DNA of 64,000 nucleotides from Pocillopora damicornis (Eukaryota): NCBI RefSeq assembly GCF_003704095.1, contig NW_020843367.1, positions 1 to 64,000 of the forward strand, read 5' to 3'. Shown piece by piece: positions 49,019 to 60,800 of this stretch (position 1 is its first letter; each line of letters starts with the position of its first letter). The notes under the pieces were generated by a model. It saw only the letters and a program-made list of their open reading frames with translations, ran no database searches and was not told where the DNA came from. The position numbers and the translations under genes were made by a program.

Positions 49019-51176
49019 TGGACAGGAAAAAAAGCGTCAAGAACAGAGCACATTCTTAGGACTCTCTTATAGACGCTGAAACTACGACCATGGTATTTCA
49101 ACCGGTCTCGTTTAAACGAGAAATTCATCATCCTGGAGAGTGTTACAGAGCTCTTTAAATTCTGTCGTCGAAAAACAGATTCGCTCGAGAGTAGTAATAG
49201 GAGGCACTATAGTCTGGTAGTATTCCAACCAAGAACAAACGGGCATTACCAAATATGGCTAACAAGATGGCGATTTGAGCTGTAACACAATTTTCATGTT
49301 GTCACGCCGTCGCGAAAGGGTGTTACAAGGGGATGTCACGCAGAAAGTCATAAATGAGTTAGGCGGGAAAACATAATTTGTCTAGTTATCTTTCCGATGT
49401 TCAAATACGTGACACGTGAAATATTGCAGTGATTACAAATATTGCAAGATGGTTATATGATAGAAATTTTTAATTTTGGTGTCGTCTAAGAAAACAGAAC
49501 TTTTGTTTATCTCTCTCTGGTATGCGATTACCTGATAAAACTTGTTGGGAAATGCTTGCAATAGCAAATTCTTCGAAAAGGGGTTAAGTTAAACGTAATG
49601 AGCATATCTAGCAATACTCTTAGCATATTTGCCTGGTGGAAACATGTCTTGACACAGGTACTTGATGGTGATGTTGTGATGATGGGAGTGTTTGGTAGAA
49701 AGATCCAACACCTCTTTATCATTTCCTCATTCGTTCATCAAATCATCCAACTAACTACCTTTTTTAGAGAAACATTTTATCAGGGAAACCAACTTGCCAT
49801 GCGCTATAGTAGTAACGCATCACGTACAGTAGGAGTGTTTACAAATAATTCATCTAAATGGTCTAGGAGTAACGACTCGATGAAATACGTCGCACCACAC
49901 CCAGACGGTCCCACGATTAAAATGCTACAGGGTATCTTGAATCGAAAAGCCTCGCCCATTTCTATCCCCCCGAATAGAATAGGTCTTGTTTGGCTGGAGG
50001 TTTTTAGAATCTTAAGCTAAAAGTCTTTAGACTAGCGGTTTCGAACTCGAATATTTCTCGTGACGGTCTCTTCTGTTTGAACGGCTGAATGATCTCTGCT
50101 GACAGTGAGGACAAAGGTGCGGTATCATCAACTTACTCCTTACATAGCTTTGGTATACAAAAGTAGCGCAGTGCACCACCCGGCTACTTGCAGAGAGCAG
50201 TGAGAGAGCAAGTGTCTCCTCCTCTCATACAGTTTGAGCTGGATATTTAAGAAGATACTAGAATTCTTCAACGAGTTAAAAACTCTTTACTCGTACGATC
50301 AAAAGCAGGAGTTAATATTGTTTAATAATAAAGAGTTATTNNNNNNNNNNNNNNNNNNNNNNNNNNNNNNNNNNNNNNNNNNNNNNNNNNNNNNNNNNNN
50401 NNNNNNNNNNNNNNNNNNNNNNNNNNNNNNNNNNNNNNNNCGCGCTCTTTCTTATCTGTTTGTTGCTTACGTTAGTTGTAATCGCCCTTTATCTTTTTTG
50501 TTTGTTTGTCATTTTAGTTGTAAGTACGTTCTGCTTTTTAGGTCTTTTTTTTTTGTGCATTGTAAGTGCGTTGTGTTTAAATGTATTGAAATTCGACCAC
50601 GGACACCGCCATTTTGAATTTTGCTTAGAAACCTGGATGCTTACCCGTGAGTTAAGAGGTCATACTTTTTAATCTCTTGGCCGTCTCTCCAAACAAAAAA
50701 GAACTACTCTTAATTGCATTTTTGGTGCAAGTAATGCAAACTGCCATACGTGTGCCGCCAGATTACTGAGTTGTGTTTTTATTATGGTGGCCTTCTTGGT
50801 TACATTTTAAGCCTTTTTTGAAACTTTAATCGCTTATAAACGAAAGCATTGCATTTCCATTATCACTTACAGTGATTTTCATCCAGAAATCTGTATTTTC
50901 GGTCATAGTGAACTTAGGTCAAGTTGAACAATCATTTGTCCAAATGCCTTTTCGCTTCATTTGTTATTATTCAGTTCTCTCTGAACTTTCTTTGATTTCT
51001 GTTGTTATTCACTCATATGTGTAATCTGAGGGAGCCAGCTCGACAGTTTTTCGTGCAAAAATGCGAGATTGCGGCTGATTACGGCTTTTTCTTGTATTCG
51101 TTTCCAGACTTCCCAGGTCCCTCCATTTTCTCATAGAGACTGGGAGCCAAGTTTGCACCACGAGGTTCTGAACAAA

Positions 51177-54100
51177 ATGGTAGGTCATCAAGTTATTATA
51201 GTGTTATTTTCGATCTTTTCAATTTGTTAGCGAAGTCTAACTATTTGTAATTCTGCATTTAGGTTCTCTTTGTGTTGTACGAGCATGCCTCAGGCTATGC
51301 AGTATTCAAAGTCATCGCGCAGGAAGAAATCGGAGTCCTTTTACCCGAAGTACAAGAGTCTGCTACTGATCTTCCTCGATTCGGAAAATTAGTGAAACTT
51401 GCTGCGTTTTCTCCCTTTAAATCGGGAACTAATGCACTGGATAACATCAACTGTATATCTGAAGGTTTGTGAGCGTATATAAAATTCTCTGAAGTTGCTT
51501 GATCGTGGGTTGTAAAGTTTGTTTTGGTAGTACGTATTGAATGAAATTGTGCGTGACGTAGCTACAATTTGCTTCACGTGTTAGAAAGAATTGGTTTTGT
51601 TGTGCTTCTCCTTCGTCTTTTTTGACTGCACAACCAACCCTCCATCAAGTAAGATCGAGCACCGATCACGTGTGTGCATTGAAATAAACAATTAATATAC
51701 TTTCATGGCAGACCTAAAATCCCCTTGAAGCTACATTTTGTAATTATTTTTTAAGCATTGTAACTTGCATGTAGTTAAGGTAGTGTGATGTCTTTTTAAC
51801 TCTTTGCACCTTAGTGTAGGTATTCGTATTCTCCACACTATTCTTGACAAGGAGAATTTGTTTGACAGTTGGAAGTTTCTTAAATTGTGGACCATTTTCT
51901 TTATTCTCCTGACCTGTACATTTCAATTAAGGGGGGTACTGTGAGGAGAAATTAGAGGACAGTAACTCTTTGGGGTTAGAGGGTTAAGTTATATATTGCC
52001 AGTGATTCCAGCTGACTTAGTTTGACATTTTTACGTTACTTTAGGTATTATCCATGATGACCTCAAAACATTTTTGGAGGCAAATGTTCCAACTGGGAAA
52101 AAGAAGAGTAAAGTTCTTCTTGGTGTTTCGGATGCCAAACTTGGGGCAGCTATTCAGGAGACTGTAAACATCCAGTGTGAGTCTGGTGGATTGGTGTTAG
52201 AGGTCCTCAGAGGAATAAGATTTCATTTTGAGAAGATGATCAAGGGATTGACTGGTCCAATGGCTGCCAAGGCACAGCTGGGTTTGGGCCACAGTTACTC
52301 TAGAGCAAAAGTAAAGTTTAATGTTCATCGTGTAGACAACATGATTATCCAGTCCATTAGTTTGTTGGATCAGTTGGATAAAGACATCAATACCTTTTCC
52401 ATGAGAATCAGGTGTGTACAGTGATCCATGGTGTGGTTTGGGAATGGTAGGAAAATTTCTGGACATGGAAATTTGGATAGTCATTTTTGTAAGGATGCAC
52501 CAAAATTTGGAAAATTGATATTTGAACCTAAATTGACTGTTGATTAATCTATATTTTTTTGATGATTCTTGAATGGTGGAGGAGTAAAGGGGTGAGAGAT
52601 TTCAAATAGGGAGGGTGCATAGCATGAGGTTTATTTGAAATTACCAGCATGATTACCCCTGAATTGTATAACATGAAATGCCATAACCAATTGATTGTGT
52701 CAGTAACAAAATGTGAGAAACTTGGGAATGAAGAATATAATGCATTGATATATGTTTGGTTAAAATGTGGACCCCTTAACCTGCTCATGTGAGAAGTTTT
52801 CTTCATTTCTATTGGCTGGTATTGGCTAGTGAGGCTGGTGGCTCAAAGAGCTCAAATTTTATTGGCTACCACACCATCCAATTAGGCCTGTAGATACAAG
52901 TGTCTGTAATTGGATGTGTAAAATGGGACAGTCTGGACCTAAAACAGCCAATAACACCACAAATCTGATTGGTCAAGAACCTCTCATATTCAAGCATTTG
53001 TTACTGACACCGCTATGATCATTACAGAAAATGCACTGGAATACCTTTTTGTGTGTTGTAAATTTATCCCTGTTTGTTCCAGATGATGATACACTTGAAA
53101 TCAAATTTTCATTGAAAACAAATGTTTGGAATATTTTGAAGATGAAGTTATTCCCAATGCAACTTTAGAATGGCAGAGGGAGAGGTTGATCACTTACTAT
53201 GAGCACCAGAGAGTATTCTAACTTGTCCTGGGACACTACTCCCTTTAAATAACCTTTAAATGCCTGCGGCCTCCCTTGTCCCACAGCAACCTACTCAGAC
53301 CACCCCTAAAGTTTGCCTGTACTCACATGAGCTTTTTTTCCTTGGTATAGAGAATGGTATTCATACCATTTTCCAGAGCTTGTCAAGATAGTCTCTGACA
53401 ATTACATGTATGCAAAAGCAGCTCAATACATCAAGTCTAGAAAGGATTTCTCTGAAGACAAGCTGGAAGGGTTGGAAGAAATTGTGATGGACTCAGCTAA
53501 AGCCAAAGCAATTTATGATGCTTCCAAATCATCAATGGGTGAGTGAACTGATCAATTATTTTAACAGATTGGCTTTTAAGTTGTTTAGTTAATGCTAACT
53601 TGCGTTTTTTGTTGACTTTTCATCCTAAACTAAAGGAGTTTTTTTTGTGTGTACTGAGGTGTTCATAATGGCTAAATTTTGGCATAGTCTTTGGATGATT
53701 TTTACACTTATTTCACTTATCAATTTAATATGCCTGTGAAAGTCAAGTGTTGCTGAGACGAGAAATGTTCCAGTTCATATTATCATCTGCTTCTATCTCA
53801 CCTGCATTAGGCTGGTGGTAGAGTATTGCATGCCCTTATATCACTCTAGATCTTGAAGATGTAGAGTGTGTTCAGAAATGCATTGACTCAGTTGTATCTA
53901 ATACTGCACGTATACTCTATCATCTTCTACCACCCAAGAACATTAGCAGATACAATATTGGAAACCAACATATATTTATGTGTCCAAAAATGTGCACTTT
54001 TGTGTTACATAAACATTATTACATAAACATATTTATTCCATCCATGTCCAATCAGTAGAACTTTTATACATAATTATGCGTGGTGATACTTTACTAAAAT

Positions 54101-56525
54101 ATATAACAATATACTGCACTGGCATTTACAACTTTCCAACTCAGTTACTGACCTATCTTAATTTTGTGGTTTTTTATTTCCTTAGGGATGGATATATCTC
54201 CAGTGGACTTGATAAATATCCAGACCTTTGCATCGAGAGTGATCAGTCTGGCAGAATACAGGAAGAGTCTCCATACTTATTTGGTTTCTAAAATGAATCA
54301 AGTGGCACCCAATCTTTCTGCCCTCATTGGAGAGCAGGTGACATATAATGAACTTTCAGTATAGATAATTCCAACACCATATTAGCCTTAAAAGTACATG
54401 TTTTCTTCCCCAGTGTCGTTGCTTCATAGCAAATGAATCAAAGTACCATTTTTGGCAATTTATCCTGGGATTCCATTTGCAAAAACTTTGCCACCTTTGC
54501 TCCGATTTGTTACAGTTGTTTTAACAGTGTTGTATCTATTTGGTACAGTTGTTTTAATTATCATCAACCAGGGTTAGAATTTGTTGCTTTTTTTTCTGAA
54601 TCACTTCAGTCAGATTTCGTCAAGTGACATTGGTAACAGTAATTTTAGAGTAAAATTGGCAGTTTGATGATAACATTTCCATGCTGCTATTTTTATTGAA
54701 AAGTCCATGTGTAATCTACAGGAGATAAGCCAAGAAATTTGAAATAATCAGCATACAATGCAAAAATACAATCAAATTTCACCAAAAAACTTGACACTGT
54801 TCTCTGAAAGATTCCCTCCCTTTTTTTTCATCATTCTTAAAATAAAGGGATAAAGTGTTACATGGGGGGGGAGAGTTGTCAACTACGTGTGTTTGAGTCA
54901 CATTGGTAAGTTGGTCATGTCTTTATTTTAGGTTGGAGCTCGGTTGATCTCTCATGCTGGAAGCTTGACAAACCTGGCAAAGTATCCTGCATCCACAGTT
55001 CAGATCCTTGGAGCTGAGAAAGCTTTATTCAGGTGGCTAATTTCTTTTCAATAAAGGTGTTCATTTTTCCTGTCAAATAGGAGTGACTTTAGAGTGACTA
55101 GTATCTAACTTCTTCTTACAGTATCACAAATTAACCCTTCAACTCCCAGAAGTGATTAACATGTAACTTCTCCCTTTAATATCCATACATTCTTCAGCAA
55201 ACAGGTGATGAGAATTCTCAAACTTATCAGGTAGAAGTTGTTATTTTGATCTAACATGAAATTCTCATAATTAATTAATGAGGAAATGTGTAGCAGCCAG
55301 AGGGGAGAATTAACAATCAGATCTTGGGAGTTAAAGGGTTAAGGTCACAAGAAAAAGGGAAATTATCGCTAACTGAAGAAGGTGATTGTCTAACAAATTC
55401 TCCTTGTCAGTACTTAAGGAAATGTATAGAGAACAGAACAGAGAATATAAATATTAATGGTAAGGATAAAGGGTTTAATTGTGATATGATTCATGTTACC
55501 TTTTTCTTTCATAGAGCACTGAAGAAAAAGGGAAACACACCAAAGTATGGACTTATCTTCCATTCATCTTTTATTGGCCGTGCTGGGGTGAAGAACAAGG
55601 GTCGGATATCAAGGTACTTGGCAAATAAGTGCTCCATTGCCTCAAGGATTGACTGCTTTGCAGGTATGCTGATAATGAACGTAAACTTTGTTTGCGTCAT
55701 AAATGTTTTAGTGTTTCAGTCTCAATGTAGATCTTTTGTTGATATGATATTCATACACTGTAGATTCTACTGTTAGATGCCCAGGTGACACTTTTGAAGT
55801 CCTATCGTTGCAGATCTCAATCGAAACAAGATGTTTTCACTTTTCTCGTTTATTGCTTATGGGATTTTGGGATCAAATATCAGTGCAGAAAAACTTAATT
55901 ACAAAGAGATAAACGAGTAAATAAATCAGTAGGTTAATAACGATTTACTGATTGACTCTGATTGTCTGGTTTTTTTTTTCTATTAACAGAAACACAGTCC
56001 AGTGTGTTTGGTCAGAAGTTACACGACCAAGTGGAGGATCGATTGAAATTCTACGAAACAGGAGAGGCTCCAAGGAAGAATATTGAAGTTATGAAAGAGG
56101 CTATAGCAGAGTTTGTGGAAACGAGCAATGCGGCCGATGACGAATCGACTGAGAAAAAGAAAAAGAAGAAGAAAAAGAAGGAGAAAAAACAGAAGGATGA
56201 AGCTGTTGAGGAAGAACAGCAAGCGGCTTTGGATACGTCCGCTGCTTCAGAAAATGGGCACGATGAGGGAAGCAAAAAGAAGAAGAGAAAAAACAGACAA
56301 GATGACGCTGTTGAAGAAGAAGAGCAAGCGGCTTTGGATACGTCCGCTGCTTCAGAAAATGGGAACGACGAGGGAAGTAAAAAGAAAAAGAAGAAAAAGG
56401 AGAAAGGAGAGAAGAGAAAGGCGGAAGAAGAAGAAGAAGAAGAGGAAGTCGTGCCTGTCATCAGCCAAGAATCAAGTGAGCCGAAGAAAAAGAAGAAAAA
56501 GAAAAAAAGAACTGACGAAGAATAA
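51177..56525 (+). CDS. NOP56: Nucleolar protein 56 (box C/D snoRNP core); exons 51177-51179, 51263-51464, 52045-52411, 53351-53538, 54186-54337, 54932-55032, 55515-55663, 55990-56525
   Basis: [124 protein letters not shown]-rich tail; ATG-only first coding exon. Confidence 0.96.
55131..55342. mobile_element. ~210-bp piggyBac-like MITE (TTAA-CCCTT...AAGGG-TTAA) nested in a related MITE (~55085-55477); relatives at ~41563-41771, 51796-51987, 60144-60356, 60678-60876, 63190-63365, 16268-16487, 39134-39343
   Basis: TTAA at 55131-55134 and 55339-55342, short TIRs, family-shared internal motifs; the host element resumes after the insertion. Confidence 0.7.
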
Positions 56526-57879
56526 TGTGCCACTGATTTAGCTTACACCTCCTGTCCAGCACAACTACTGCATTGAGGCCAGACACTTCATGGTCTGAGA
56601 AAAAATGTTTTTATAATTGAAGTCAGTTGTTTTAAATGAAATAAGTAATGTATGTCGTTTCTTATCAGTAATAGAAGAGAAAGAATTCGTTTGCCTGGTA
56701 TGCTCTTAATTAAACTTATCTTTTTTCGTTCTCTCTTGTCTGTTTTTGCTGATCACGCGACGGTAGCCTTTTAATTTGTTTGTAGCCCGCTTAGTTTCAG
56801 ATGGTCAAACTGGCCACACCCCAATCTCTTTAAATTTCCCACATAATCCTTTTATAGACCCGTACAATAGATAAGCTATGAAAGTCACAATGTTGCATCC
56901 AATGATGTTCAAGAGGAAAAGAGTTTTTGAAAGCTTCCTCTTCATAGCAATGCGTCAGTCACCATTTCTCTGGGACGTGATTGATATATTTACAAATGTT
57001 CCATCTACTTTTCAATCTAATGAGCTTACCCAAATCAGATTTGCCCATAGATAAAAGTGATTTTTCCACTCATTAAACTTTTCCCATAATGAAATGGGGG
57101 AAATTTTCATGCTTGCAAGGTACTTCTGAGACACTTCTATATTAAACTTGATAGTTTGGCATCCTGTATTGGGAAACTGCCCGTGCATACTATAAGCTCT
57201 CTACTTTCACAGTAGTGAAAGTTATGCAATCTATCGGGTTTCATTTGTTCGAGGTAGGGAAGGTTTATTTCATTATCGATATTTCATTCGAAATGAGAAT
57301 GAAGAAAAGTAGCAATGAGTTTCAATTTGCCTACGCAAAGACCATTACTTACAAGCGCGGTGTCGAATTATGGTCCTTTGCAACAGGATTCTATTAGCAA
57401 TTTTTGCTGCCGTTAGGCTCGTCGCGGCTAACGCGCGCGCAAGAGATCAGACGCTTATGAAGATCTCCCTCTGACCTATCTGTACGCGTTTTACCTCGCG
57501 CGTGCTCCCTTCTCACTCGCGCTACTACTTCGTATGCTACATTTCTTCGAGCGTGTCACCATGGCAGCCTATTTGACGGCGTCAAAGTGGTTATATTTTC
57601 CAGTCACATGAAATCCTTACAGCCACGTCTACCATATTCAGGCACTAATTTTTAAGATATGGATTTTTAAAACATTTTTAGTGCTGCTTACGTAGACTGG
57701 ATAGCACTTAGTACTCCCGTTCCGATTCAGAAAGACCCCCTGGTCAAGACTTCAAACTTACTTACGGTCCTGAGGGCCAAGACACAATTAGTGACGTCGT
57801 ACATGACAACGTGGACGAGTCGTCCCTTTTCATGGCACACCAAACCCCTGAAGAACTTTGAATCGTGTTTGACTGCTTT

Positions 57880-60800
57880 ATGTTACGGCATTTGCTCGGG
57901 ATCCGCCCAGATCTTATCCACAGTTGTACACTTAGTCGATTTAAGCACACCATGCGTCTTGTTCAATTTGTTGAAGGTGGAAGGCAGAGGGTTGGTGTCG
58001 AGACCAAAGATGGCGGCAATGTGGTTGACTTGTGTGCTGGCGAATCCTCTATCCCAAGTGATATGAAATCTTTCCTAGAAGGAGGAGAAGAGATGATGAA
58101 GAAAGCGCAAAGGTAAAAGCTCGTGTGGTTTGATATTTAGAGTGAGCACAAAATAAATTGCGTATTTATTTGGGTACGCATGTTCATTGGAGCCTAACCT
58201 ACCCCGATACCTACCCCCACTTTGAAAGTGGGGAGGGGGACGGGGAGGGGGGGATGGTGAGGTTGGGGTTGGGTTGTTGACCCTGTCTTTAACATAATTC
58301 CTTCTAAGGCCCGATAGCAAAACATGTTAGCTGTTTGCTTTTGGCCTCTTGCCTACCGGCAGAGTAAGCCTCCTCAGATCAACGCCACCGCTCTCTGTGT
58401 AGTACTGGTAGAACGCCTGCCAGGCTAGATTAATATGACGTGTTTATGGTTTTGTTGATGCAGATCTCTCTCTGAAAAGGGGTAAATTAGCCCCTACCCA
58501 ACCTTGTTAACTAGCGCAGATGATCATTTGTTTCTTTCCTCAGGAGAACTACTCTGGTAACAAATGTCTTTTCTGTATAACTTAAAGAATATCATTTTCA
58601 TCTTAATTCTGAAGGAAAGGGAAGGTGGCAAACACATGGAATGGATTGACTGGGTCATTCTGTTGTGCTCTTGGGCAATGCACCTAAACAAGGGTCCCGC
58701 ATGCTATTTACGTGAAGCATGATTGGGGGATTTTCCCATGAATGCTGATTTAAATTTTTTTTATTCTTGAATTGTGATTAAAGATGATAAGATCTTTTCA
58801 CTTTTATTTAAACGCAACCCATGAATAAAGAGCTGAATTAAACATTATTCTTGAACCATTTTGTTTTGCATGATGAATTTGTGACTACTCCAAAGGGCTC
58901 AACTGAGAGGATCAAAAGCTTTATAAACAGGTTCAAAAAAGTGAAAACATCCATTTATGAATTGGTTTCTTTTTCTTATTTAAAACCTGATTGTCTTGAT
59001 TATTGAGTGAACATAGAAGACTTTTGGTTATTATTTGTGATGTGAGAAAAGGCCAAACACTTTTACGTGACCAAATTTTTTACAAAAGGGTAAGGGGGAC
59101 ACTCTTAGACTTCACAGTGCCTATTTTCACTCTGAAGTGGAATTACCTGGGAATACCTATGACAGACCAGTGTGGAGAAATTGTGATGCTCTTAATTACT
59201 TTATGCTGCTAAACCAAAAGAAGCTTTGTTGGTTTGGGCCACTTGGTTGTTACGAATTGACCTCATAAAAATTATTCTGTTAATTTTTTTTCATTATAGG
59301 GTAGTGGATGGAGGTCAACATGTGTTGAAGAGGGCAGATATTCAACTTAAGGCTCCAATTCATAATCCCAACAAACTCATCTGCATTGGAATGAACTATG
59401 TTGACCACTGTTTAGAGCAGAATGTTCCTTTGCCCACAGAACCTGTAATTTTTAGCAAGTTTACTAATGCAATAACAGATCCAGGAGCACCAATCATTTA
59501 TCCTGAGGAGACACAGGTCTGTTATTTTTTCAAGAGGTTTAGAATCTTTAATCAACTTATTGCTTGACTTTTAAAACTTATCACACAGCCAGTTAATTGT
59601 GTATACTACAATCTGTGACAAAGTTACATGTAGTCAATATGATGACAACATGACTTAGTAATATGATTGTCAACTAATTTTATCACAGACTGTAGCATTG
59701 GTGCAGCCAGTTTTTAGGACAATATTGAAAAAATGAAGTTTTTATTAACCTCTCTGTAGACAATACCTTCCATTGATGATCCCGCAAACAAGAACAGCAA
59801 AAGAAAATGTAATGTGATTAAGCAATAAGGCATGAAGGTGTCTTAAACCATCATAGAAAGTCTATATGTAGCTCATAGCACATTAAACTTTCCCTTTTTG
59901 GAGAAGAATCAGCTTGGCCTCATCTGATAGTCAATTATGTATTCTGTTATTGATGACATTTTTGATTCACAGGAACTAGACTTTGAAGTTGAGCTTGCCT
60001 TTGTCATTGGAAAAACAGGAAAGAAGATTAAGGTATTCTTGTTATCCATTGAAAGGACATTCCAACTCTTCTTCTTCAAAAGACTTTGAATCAAGGGCCA
60101 AATATGCCAATACCTGCTATCCTCCAGGGTCATCTTTTATTGATTAACCCTATACACACTAACATCAGTATACATATTCTCTTTGCTGTTCTCTATACAT
60201 TTCCTAAGGAGCCGATAAGGAGAATTTGTTTATCAATTAATGGGTTCTTTTAGTTGGTGATTGTTTCCTTTATCCTGGTGACTTAAATGTGTGATTCAGG
60301 GGTGATATTGTAAGGAGAAATTAGATGCTAGTCACTCTTAGGAGTTAAAGAGTTAATGTACTACTGTTTATAATTTGAACTAATTTGAAGAGGACTCAAC
60401 TCTATTTTTACTGAGTATTAACTTATCTGTATGAATTGCACTGGCAGGAAAGTGAAGCAATGGAGTATGTTGCAGGCTACACTGTGGTACATGATGTCAG
60501 TGCACGGGACTGGCAGCTAAAAAAAAATAGTGGACAGTGGCTAATAGGGAAGACATTTGATTCATTTTGTCCAATTGGTCCTGCTATAGTCACTAAGGAA
60601 TCTATATCAGGTAATGTCAATACTGACAATGTTCTGTGTATACTACATTTACTCAATTAAATGGAGCAAGGTTTCTGAACCCTTTACACCCTAATGTCAA
60701 TATTCATATTCTCCATACTGCTCTCCATACATTTTCTAAGGTGCTTACAAGGAGAAGTTGTTTATCAATCAAGAGCTTCTTTAGTTTGGGATCATCTCCT

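Noticed and set aside
49598-50020. 140-aa ORF
   Set aside because: No recognisable motif or splice context; cannot support it as coding.
50036-50050. Pol III B-box (GAGTTCGAAACC, minus strand) as a tRNA
   Set aside because: No A box or cloverleaf.
54656-54733. Box C/D snoRNA candidate (TTGATGA within a TTGGC...GCCAA stem)
   Set aside because: No CTGA D box next to the 3' stem.
56051-56541. Alternative-frame and antisense ORFs of 142-160 aa over NOP56 exon 8
   Set aside because: By-products of low-complexity purine-rich coding sequence.
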